From contig NMRA01000485.1 in NCBI GenBank assembly GCA_002633005.1, positions 266,419 through 330,418 on the forward strand: a stretch of 64,000 nt of DNA, read 5' to 3'. This document shows positions 39,605 to 64,000 of the stretch, one piece after another. Both the position numbers and the translations under genes were made by a program. The notes under the pieces were generated by a model, which worked only from the letters and a program-made list of their open reading frames with translations, made no database searches and was not told the origin of the DNA. Position 1 is the first letter of the stretch, and every line of letters begins with the position of its first letter. The DNA comes from Phoronis australis. Its lineage: Eukaryota; Animalia; Phoronida.

Positions 39605-39999
39605 GTTGGTCGTCTCTTTCAACACCACCATCTAAAAGCATGGACCGGAAATTATTTTTATGTTGCATGATTACGAACTCGATTAATTTGATAGCAAAGT
39701 AACAAAAATGGTTGCTTTGTTTCAGAAGAGCAATGGCATCTAAAACAAAAAGTAGAAAAAGTTTTTTCTTTATGCATCTAAGTATTTGTTGTCTTTAATT
39801 CGAATGAAAAAAACATTCAGAATAGCTATAAATTAAATTCTATAAAACGAAATATTTAATCTTTGTTAAATAGCTCCATAGACAGTTAATGTTGGATAAC
39901 ATAAAACAAAAGATAACAATTTTGCTGACAACTTTTATCTGGTATCATTTCCTTACTTCCATAAGGATTGGTAATTTTGCGTTTTATAGAAGTCAAACC
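39605..39999. promoter_or_regulatory. Compact bidirectional promoter between NPL-FKBP and ALDH7A1
   Basis: Only 395 bp separate the divergent ATGs. The spacer is AT-rich with an ETS-like ACCGGAAA at ~39644. Confidence 0.65.
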
Positions 40000-54377
<14,378 letters not shown>

Positions 54378-56494
54378 ACAATGTCTCCCACAGTGCTGTA
54401 AGCACTACTTTATTTCCGAAAAGATCCAAAATGGGAGCAATCATGTCGCAAAACTCCTCCTTAATCATGTTATACCTCAAAGTATGTACAATATAAAGCA
54501 GCTTCCAAAATTTAGGAGCCTTGTGACTTTCTACATGACTGCACATGGCTGCTAGTGTTCACTTTTTTAATAGTTAAAAGATTTGTTGCTTAATGACAGC
54601 CATCATGGTAAACTTGTTGAACAAATTTTCTTCTGTTTTTTGAGCAGAGAGTTGCAAAACCAAATTCCTTTTTACTACCGCTTGCTGTTCTAAAATACCG
54701 CAGCTTCATTGTATTTCAAAAGACGATTACTTGGCAAAATGTAATAAACAGTGTTGTTCACTTAGCAAGCAACCTTTTTCAAATTGTGCTCAACAAGGGG
54801 CATAACTCCATCCGATTATGTTGGTAATATTTTTGGAATTCAAAGCGGTCATACTGCCTATCCAGCAACCGACTGTAGGTGTCTCCACTTGTTCGTGAAC
54901 ATTAAATTTCATGTGTATAATGGAGTTTCTTTCTTCCTCGTATGGTGCAGTGAGGCTCTGCCCAATTGCAGTGTGATTTTTCAACATGGCAGCTGAAGGT
55001 GATATTGCCAAAGCAGGCGCGCATTTTGTAAAAATTATTAAAGTTTGTACACTGTGTGAATTGGGTGCTTTGAAAATAGGTATATACTTTTAGAAAATGT
55101 TTTTTATTGACCGTATTGGTTGAATAGACTTGTTACTATGCAACAACTGTTCATATTTGGTTGCCTGGTGTCTCCAAGGAAAGTTAATAAAATACTGTCA
55201 CCTTTAACCTCATGGTTTTCTTCATTTCGCAGGAGAGATTATACTACTTGAATTAACTGTCTATGTAGGAGTACTGGTGTGAATAGGTTAAACAGAAATC
55301 GCAGCGCAGAAAACACACGGGTTGTCTGGGTTCCGTTCCATAGACGCAAGAAACGCGCGAAAACGAAAGAGAAGCACCTGATGGTCGGGTACACTGGATG
55401 GATTGTCTTGTATCTAGGCAAGGTTGAGCTGCTATAATGTAAAATCGTTTATGGTGACGTTGGCAACGTTTTTGAAATTCGACTACAATTGTGGGTGAAG
55501 ATCTCTAAGAACTTGCAATTGCATAATGTTAGTAGTTTCAATGCCCTCTGTCCAGAAAACTGAGACTTGAATACTGAACCTTGGGAAAATGAGATGATAT
55601 CAAGTGCTACCTTTAAAGGTGGAGCTGTCGAATTGTTTTCCTTTAATCCAGGTATCTTTCGCTGAACTGAAGCAACCTTTGTTCGTGTAATGCAAAATCT
55701 GGAAATGCGGAACATCGCAACCTAATTCTTTGCTTTAGTGAGCCAAACCCAACTTGTTAAATGGCAAAGTATTTAAAGCAAATGAAACTGGTAAGATAAG
55801 CTGCCTTGATTTCAGCGAATGGCTGACAAACAAACGTGATAACAAGCTATTTAAATGACGAAAGCACGGCGGATTTTAGTGTTTTACAGCTCTACCCATA
55901 CATGTAACTCCAAGAAGTCTATTCCATTGTATGCATGCATAACGGTGATAGAAATTGTTTTGAAGTGTTTGTTTTAAAGTGCCCTACTTTTTATGAACAT
56001 GCCAATTTTCATCTAGAGTCGGGTCGTCTACTGCTGTAAAACAAAAACAAAAAGATGATTTGAACGATTTTTAAAATTTTGTCTTGGAATTTCTAAAGTC
56101 CAAGTAGAAATTTTGTCATATCGTTGTTTCGCTTTAAATTTAATTTTACACCTGTTTTTGCTAATTTTCATTAAAAACATTGTCATACATGACTTAGCAA
56201 CAGGTCCAAAATTAAAGTCTACAAATTTTCCAACCCATAACCTCGAAACACAAACGCTAGTGAATCTTGAAGATAATTCGTCTGATTTATCTGCAAGTAT
56301 GTCGGTTCACCTCAGCGCGCAGAAATCGTATAAATATAAATTATTAGTCTTCACGAACGCCATATCTTGGTCACAAGGTCTGCACGATTGCTGAAAGTCC
56401 CGGGTTGGAACATAGATACTCTAGTCTACGGTTGCAACGGGGCACCACTACATGTATACATGACGGTCACGTGACGTGACCACATATGGCGTGT

Positions 56495-56573
56495 CAGCCT
56501 CGTCCCCAAGCCTCAAGATAGCGCTGATCGCTTTAGCCGATCAGCACCATTTTGAAGCTTGTTACAAGGCTGA
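56495..56573. repeat. Short imperfect palindrome (MITE-like)
   Basis: TCAGCCTCGTCCCCAAGCCTCAAGATAGCGCTGATCG..CGATCAGCACCATTTTGAAGCTTGTTACAAGGCTGA. Confidence 0.6.
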
Positions 56574-57060
56574 TGGCGTGTATGAATACTAATAATTTTT
56601 ACCGTATTGCCGCGCCATTAAGACTATGGGTGTGTCTGCGGAACTGCGCGATTCTTAAGCACATGTGACAATGTGCGAACCAAATGGGTGAAAAATGTCG
56701 CGAAAAAGGCATTATTTCGGAACGAGGCCCATGGGCCTAAAGGCACGGCAATGAATACGGTACCTATAGGATTTATTTAGTTACATGTAGCCATTTGAAA
56801 CATAATATAAACAGATATTAACACACGTGTTTCATTGTCCCAGATATCAACATTTTCACGTTTAAAGCACAATCCCGATGTTTGGGGTGCAACATTTTAC
56901 GCACGGAATGTAGCAAAAATTGTTAAACATTGATTGATATGATTCCGTAGTTATCTTACCCTGAGATACCGTGCGCCTATGCCTCAAAAACATAGCTTTG
57001 CAAGTACAGATAAATCGGACGAAAATGCTTGGTTATGGTACATGAGATCAAATAAATCTC

Positions 57061-57361
57061 AAAAGAGTTGAGTCACGCTTTATCGGACGATGGTTTCTGT
57101 CGATGGTTTACTCACGGCGTTGTCACACTAATGCTCCTCAGGGGGACATTTTCTGCTGTGTTTCCACCCTGAGCCGGCACATCCCTCCTCAGACAACCCG
57201 GCCACCTGCGGCCTCCGCCAAGATAACCATATTGATATCGAGTGTAGCACGGACGCCTGATCGACGTATTCCCATCGCCAGCCGTGGTCTTGTCCTCAAA
57301 CAATCCATCAACTCCGATTTCCAAGCAGCTGGATTACAGGAACGCGCCTCGACTCCCAGTC
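57061..57361 (-). ncRNA. RN7SL: Signal recognition particle RNA (7SL / metazoan SRP RNA), ~297 nt plus oligo-T terminator
   Basis: Minus strand reads GACTGGGAGTCGAGGCGCGTTCCTGTAATCCAGCTG (Alu domain) ... CGATCAGGCGTCCGTGCTA..ATCAATATGGT ... GGCGGAGGCC (helix 6, GGAG loop) ... GGTTGTCTGAGGAGGG ... CCGGCTCAGGGTGGAAACACAGCAG (helix 8, SRP54 motif) ... AGCGTGACTCAACTCTTTT. It is colinear with the metazoan 7SL sequence as recalled, and ends in a Pol III T-run. Confidence 0.93.
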
Positions 57362-59210
57362 GAAAGTTTTGCGCCTGAAACCGTGGACGAAAGAACGAGA
57401 GACTTAGTCACGGTCCATGCACGCACGGTGAGACGATAGCTACATGTAGTGTTCACTGTTGAATAGTGTAGCGGAAAGCATTTACACCAAAGAGACATGT
57501 CTTGAACAGGTGTTTTACTAATATCAGTACCTTTTCAGGTAAAAGTTGAGCAAACGGGTCTCTTCAAAATGGGGTACCTTGATGCCGTTATTCAATGAAA
57601 ACTCGTTATCGGCAGCAATTTTGAAGAGGGGTCGTTTATTCCACTTTTACCCATCTTCATACTCAGTACTTGTGTGCCACTAAATGAATGATTTTTTACA
57701 CTAAAATTCTTTCAGTCGGTGACGAACCATGACAGCCAAATCCCAGACACCTTAAGTCAACCGCACGTCGAGAAACTACGATGTGCAAAAGGTATATATT
57801 TATTCATATAGAGTAAAGTCGAGCAGCTGATGATAGTGTCTTTGAGCAAAACGTTATATTATTGACTGATTTCCGCAGCAAATCTGCAGTCGCTGGTACC
57901 CGCGGCAGTTGTAGACCGTTGAGGTATCTACCAGATTACAGAGCAATGCCAACAACACTTAAAAACAATTCACTTTGTTTAATAAGATCTGGTCGAGGTG
58001 ATTCGGTACATAAGTAGTTATAGTGCCGGCTCTAGTATCCTAAGCTGACTGAGCGAGGAGGCGGTGAGTTGGGTAGGCTGGGGGTAGTTGGCTTTATTAA
58101 AAAATCGGCAACTACAATAACCAGCCAATGCAGTTAAATGACATATTATTATATAAATGAAACAAGCGAAAATTCAATTTTGGCCCTCAAAAGTGGGACC
58201 ACCTACATTAATATAAAAGACACCGCCAGGAAAACCACCAACGAGAGAGGTTTCTCTATTAATTGGGTTGGACCACTTTCGAAGCTCGAAATTGAAATCA
58301 TGCCAGTGTCATTTTAGTGGGTATAAAATAATTAGCTTTTAAAAGCAGGTTATCTCACGAAAAGTTGTTTACAAGATAAAAAAGTCCATTCACACGCCAT
58401 TCAGTTTTCTTTTCACATGAGTGAGCGATGGGAAATTCAGTTTAAAAGCGAATTGTTGATGCGAAACATAGCCACTTGTAACCACTAATCTCATAAAGTG
58501 TAAATGTTTTACAGTAATTTTCTTTTCCTGTTTAGCAGTAATTTTAAGATTTGGTTTAACAAATTGATAATAGGCCTGATATTGGAAAGATGCTGGCTAT
58601 GTACGCCAAGTGTTACTGAACATTACCCTGGCTTTTGCGATTCCAACTCCCTCAAAGTCCTCTCCTGAGTGCGGAAAAACACAGGAGCGTGTGTCATTTC
58701 GAACTTATGATGGGACATTGAGGAAGCAAGATTAGGCACAAGCCAGAGTAGTGTAGATGTAGCGTCAACAGCTAGCGCTTGCATAACTGCAATCACATGA
58801 ATTTGCTGCTGAATGTCTCACTAAATCCCATAAGTATTTTGTGACGTTATCAAACACTCACACAGTTTTATAAACCTTTAGTGAAATGACAGAATAAAAG
58901 TAAAGCGACGCTAACGTTCCTGGAGCCAAACAAACTTCAAAACATTGATGAAGTGAAGATTATATTTTAGGTTGAGTAAGAAGTTTCATAATTTGACGGA
59001 GTTTGTGGTAGGACAGTTCACTATCCACCCTTTTAGAGAACTGTCAAGATGAAAACCTACCCATTTAGAGGAAAAAAACGTTTAATCCAAGTTTTTGTTT
59101 AAAGATTGTAAAGAAATTCACCTTCCGAAGATTTTTCCGTAACACGATTCATTCGAAGAAATTGCAAGCCTACTTCGGTGCTTATCAAATTGAATAAACA
59201 ACCCTTTAGA

Positions 59211-59358
59211 ATCACAAACATTTTTAAGTCTGTCTGCACGCCACTTGTTGGGCACATCACGTGACCTAATGAACCATAGTCTGAAAAGATTTCTGCCCCG
59301 ACCGTGACTCGAATACGGGACCTGCTAAGCGTTCAGACACTCTAGTCCACTGAGCCAT
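59211..59358 (-). mobile_element. tRNA-derived SINE fragment, same family as 7904-8034
   Basis: Minus strand TGGCTCAGTGGACTAGAGTGTCTG...ATTCGAGTCACGGTCGGGGCAGAAATCTTT, with shared body sequence. Confidence 0.7.
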
Positions 59359-61016
59359 ATATTATAAACCCTTTGGAATTCACACACGCACGCACAAACA
59401 CACAAACAAACACACGCCCACAAACATATATGTACAGTGTGTATACATGTGAACATTTCATAGCAACAAACCTTAAGAAAATATGAAAATATTAATCTGT
59501 TCTCTGGGTTGTTGAACTAAGACCTTGTTCAGTAGAGTTTCAACTCCTAAAGTGTATCCAAAAATGAAATTTAATACGAAAGACACTTTGTCGGCAGGAA
59601 ACTGATGTCGAAGAGGTCACGCATGTTAGCTAAACGATCCGTAAATTCCACATAAGTAAGTACCCTTCGAGACAGGAAGCATTTTGCATGGGCGCGCGGA
59701 CAGAAATTTAACGCAGAGTCGTTCTGTAGTGTTTCCTGTATACGAAAAATATGGAAAATCAGTCAGTAACGTATTGAGTGCAATAAAACACGGTTTCGAA
59801 GTCAATCTCTGATATGAGTTTTATGAAAACAATTAAGTTGCATGAAATGAAAAAGGAAATTATGTTTTGGAAAACTGTAACAGTGTTTGAAGATATCAAC
59901 ATGAAAAATTATATCAAAATAAAATTTCTTTCTTTTTAAATTTCACCGAAAAGACATGGTCACTTCACCCAACTAACAACATATTAATAAAAAATCAAGC
60001 TTACAGGCTTTGTACTTGGCAGAAGATACACTCGGCTACTGAGTTAAAATCTATAGTTTTGTTAATAATTTGCTGCATACTCAAACTCGCCAATAAGGTC
60101 CTACACAAAATCAGTTACTCCATTTCAGTGATCGGTGTTGAACAATGTTACGAGCCCAATGAAAACTGATCTCTAGCCGTGGCTCAGCGCAAAACCTATG
60201 GGGTCACTACAATAACAAAATTAGAAGTAATTTAACAAAGATCGTGCATTTATTTTATTTAAATAAGTATCGTAATATTTGAACTGTCTTTGCGGAGTGT
60301 GCTTAAAAGCGATTTTGCTAGCCCAGAACGTCCAAGGTAGGTTTGTGATTTCATGACACTCCAGGTATCTGAGCGCTGAGGGCTATTACAGTATAGAAGT
60401 CGTTGGAATCAGTGTATTTGTAAATTAAATTAATAGCGCCTTCGCCAGCGCTGTTTCTGCCAACTGCGAATATCATTAAGTAATCCACTAATGCGTGTGT
60501 AAAATTATATATGCTCTGCAGTTGATTAATAAATTCATTTCAATTAGTTCGTCCACTTAATTGCACGATACTGTTTGAAGTCGGTGCTCCCTGAAACACT
60601 ATCAATTACTACGCAATCGATCTCTACAAGGACATAATTAGAGAAGAAGGCACGTTGATCATTAGAAATTACCGGCGACAATTTCATTAATTGAGAGTTC
60701 GCGGGACTAGCTTCACAGTTGGTCAGCTTGAGAAAATCCCAATATGGCAGCATGCCCGCCAGGGTGCAACTGTATCGAGGGCAATACACTCTGACCCAGT
60801 GCCCTCCAAAGGTGGCGCTGTATTGGAGGGTATAGGGGCAATTTCCGCTCGTAGAAGTCTTCTGACAAAGGCAAATTATGATTTAGGCTACTAAAGCTGT
60901 GTCCAGGCGAGCATTTTCACTGTTCTACAAATTTACGTTCTTCCACACGAACTTATGGTTCTTCCTCATGTGATAGAACTTCCAAATATTATATTCACAA
61001 AAAGCCTTTTACAAAA

Positions 61017-61251
61017 CAAGACGCGTGCACCCAGGGGGGCTCGAAGGAGCCCCCCATTTGGCGAAGTTGGAAAAAGGTCCGCCTCAGAGAAACAAAAAGT
61101 CCGAAAAAGTAGCAAAGGAGACAAAAGCCCACTAAAAAGGCAGGAAAATTCAGCGAATGCACAATTAATTGCTCTGAATGTACCCTTTTTTATTAGAACG
61201 TCCACATTCTCAAAAATTCAAATCCCCTATTTTTAGGCTGGTGCACGCATG
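61017..61251. mobile_element. MITE with GCGTGCACC TIRs
   Basis: GCGTGCACC ... GGTGCACGC inverted ends, flanked by CAAAA on both sides. Confidence 0.6.
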
Positions 61252-61709
61252 CAAAAGGCTTTGGAAAAAAGGTGCGATTAATTAACGAGAGCGCATGTGT
61301 ACCTTGTGGAGCTCGAAGAAGTAAATCATGTTTGTGGAACGTCACTTCGTGAAAGTTTTGTGGTATGAGATATTCAGAATCTCTAGTCTCGTACTAAGAG
61401 CCACAACGATTTAATCTTAGATAACAGTGTTATTTTGATGGCATATTTTGGATCAGGCTACTACTTTCATTTGAAGTATTTGCCAGTATTTCATTTGTAA
61501 CTACTCTACACACCTGGCGATCCCCAGTCCAATTTATGTTCTACCTGTATAATTACTGTATTCTAAGTAATATACAACCCTCTCAAACTGGTTTTGGGGA
61601 AACCCTTATTACTCCTTAACTGCACCAACCGCGAGTTTACAAGTTAAATGATGTGCGTAATTTCTAATTATTTATCTGCAACAACCACGATTTTACAAGT
61701 TAGACGATG

Positions 61710-61787
61710 AGTGCGTGCGTGCGTGCGTGCGTGCATGTGTGTGTGTGCGTGTATGTGAGTGTGTGTGCGTGTGCGTGTGTGTGTGTA
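61710..61787. repeat. Compound (GTGC)n/(GT)n microsatellite
   Basis: Direct inspection. Shorter similar tracts lie at 6173-6197 and 59381-59425. Confidence 0.9.
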
Positions 61788-61938
61788 CATACTGTATTTT
61801 CTTTGATGTACTTGTTATTTTGAGAAAAACAAGTTAAAATATGTTATATTATACCACAATATTAGGCTCGAATGGCAGATACAAGCGTGTAATAACCCAT
61901 AAAGTTATCTCACTAGTGAAATAACATTTTGGCGGGAA

Positions 61939-62006
61939 ACCGAGGCCGGATTCGAACCCGGGCCTCATAGTTTCTAGTCGCCGACTTTACCACTACACCA
62001 CTCAGC
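61939..62006 (-). mobile_element. tRNA-like sequence (SINE head or tRNA pseudogene)
   Basis: A box TGGTGTAGTGG and T-arm CCGGGTTCGAATCCGG are present, but the anticodon stem does not pair. Confidence 0.6.
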
Positions 62007-64000
62007 GGCTGACGTCATCGAACGTGAAAATAGAATACTTAAATGAGCACGCGCACCAATTGCACTTTCAGCAAATGGCATTGCACCGACATTTATACGC
62101 TATGAAAAATAAGACGCATAATTTCCATAAAAACGGTATTTAAATTCTGTGAAATTTTTCTCTCGTGTTCTCTCACTTGTAAATCACCGATCTCCAATTT
62201 GAATGCGATAATTCTCCAAAATCCACTCGGCTCTAGATAACTGGGGATAACGACTTCGCCATGTAATAATCTATGTTTATTCACGTTAAGACAAAAAATA
62301 CACTTGATACAGATTTACGCTTATGGAGACTCCTTGAAGAACCCGAAGGGTCCGCTGACCACGGAGCCACCAGAGAATAAAAAATACAGTGTTACAGATA
62401 ATCAGATATACAAAGATTAGCACAATATATATATTTTAACTCACTAAAGGTATAAATTTTATCGAAACAGAACGTTTGTAGAATTTGATTGTCGACACTG
62501 TACTAATCTGCCATTAAGTAACCATGTCTTTTTAGAAAAAATAAGAAAAATTTACACACTTATAGCTAAGCAAAGGTATCAGTAAAATGACCAAATTGCG
62601 TTTGATATCAATGTTCAAGAGGAAATCAAAACACGGCGTTACATTTTTCTAAACTGTCATCTCGTTTTCGTTGTATGTAACTTTTTCATGAAAATCACAA
62701 AAGTCTTATCTTTAGCTCCTCATGCATGGGTGAATTATTTTGAAATACAAATTCCAAACAATGTTTCGGGTAACAGTGCGTATGGCGTAATATGCGTAAG
62801 TTTCATGTCAGCCATTTCTGAGATATGGTTTTACAAAGTTGAACATTTTTCTAGTGTCCTACATAACCTTAAAGCGGTTATAAACCTCGTGAAATTTCAA
62901 GTCAATTATCTTTTCTTATCTATATTTTCTTAGCTAAACACTTTTTATCGGTTGTGAAGTGCGACCGTATTACCAAATTTCAACCAAGCGCGAGTGCAAG
63001 CTTCCACCAAATTAGCTTTTATTTTATGTTAATGAATAAACACATTTCATTATTCTAGTGAACTTACAGTCAAAATGGTAAATTACAGATAGTTTGAAAC
63101 AACGCTCAATGTCATTGTATTGATATCTTTGAAATGGCTTGAAACATTGAGGTCAATATATTCATCGTTATCTTGAAAGATATTTATCTAATTTTGCATT
63201 CACAAGAAGGCGCTTTTTAAACATTGTACCGCGTATGTAGAGTCGTTTGATTGGTTTGCCAACTAGCGTTAATTTCGGGTTCTCATCTTCCACAAAAATC
63301 TGAAATTTTCAAAGTGAACAAGAACCCCTCAGTTCCTTCATCCTTGTGATTTGAAACTGCATTATAACTTTTAACACGTCGATGGGAATATGTTCGATAC
63401 AGCTACCTGAGCGGGTAGATTAATGAGATTATTAAATGCTTTTGATGGTGATTAAACGAATTCGTCCGCGGGGTCAAATCACAGTGAACAATTGTCGTAA
63501 ACTGGTAATCAATAGTAAATATTTAAGCGAGTCATAGATTTTAGTAGAATAACAGTAATCAAGCCCGAAAGTAAGCACGCGCCGGGCGTTATCACCTGCT
63601 GCCGCTTTCACTGCAGCGGTAATAGTTCCTGTGCGCATTAACGCACGTGCGCTCTAGAAGACGGAAACTAGAAAATTACCCATGATGCGGAACATGATTA
63701 TTGTTAACTACAGTGTTTCAACTGTATCGTCTAAGCGGCTATGTCCGAAGCCACGCATTTTACTTTCGCGCCTAAACTTGAGGCGCAGGCGGTAATCTCC
63801 TGGGTGTGTCCATAGTTAGTGCCAGTTAACTAGAATACACGTCAATGTCTACCGTTTTGTAATGGCATTTGCTCCTATCTTTTACGGATTTTTTTGCATA
63901 TTGGCGAATATGCCTGATTTCTGATGTAGGCGCAAGTTAACATGCAGACGCATATGGTTCTAAAGACGCATGTATTCGGGCTAGCTATGAGCTACTCTTT

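Noticed and set aside
57103-57378. 91-aa and 70-aa ORFs
   Set aside because: They overlap the SRP RNA gene and arise from its high GC content.
61939-62006. Possible tRNA-Ser(AGA)
   Set aside because: The anticodon stem is unpaired, the D stem is weak and there is no long variable arm. Treated as a tRNA-derived repeat.
57400-64000. Possible further gene in the last 6.6 kb
   Set aside because: No recognisable exon or protein similarity was found by eye. CpG-rich patches (~60560-60900, 63450-63900) may be regulatory but cannot be assigned.

Overview
Eukaryotic, AT-rich, intron-rich animal DNA, most likely an invertebrate such as a mollusc or other lophotrochozoan. This is inferred from the nucleoplasmin-like FKBP and the repeat content and is not proven. 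Four spliced protein-coding genes were reconstructed by hand and sit in two head-to-head pairs: CCT3 (-, 15 exons) with GATAD2/p66 (+), and an NPL-FKBP of the FKBP39/Fpr4 type (-, 13 exons) with ALDH7A1 (+, 18 exons). A full-length SRP (7SL) RNA gene lies on the minus strand at 57061-57361. Repeats include a 688-bp near-perfect foldback element with an 8-bp TSD, a MITE family with CAGGGCTTGGAAT TIRs and 6-bp TSDs, other MITEs, tRNA-derived SINE heads and minisatellites. The observations most worth checking are: pervasive nested hairpins in introns, several with sense-strand G-U pairs; a splice-flanked 19-nt duplicate of the start of CCT3 exon 10; a pre-miRNA-like hairpin; tandem 84-nt exons and a nearly intronless core in p66; and a recurrent ~20-nt intronic motif. 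All structure calls were made by eye with no folding software or database search. Most ORFs in the supplied track are spurious.
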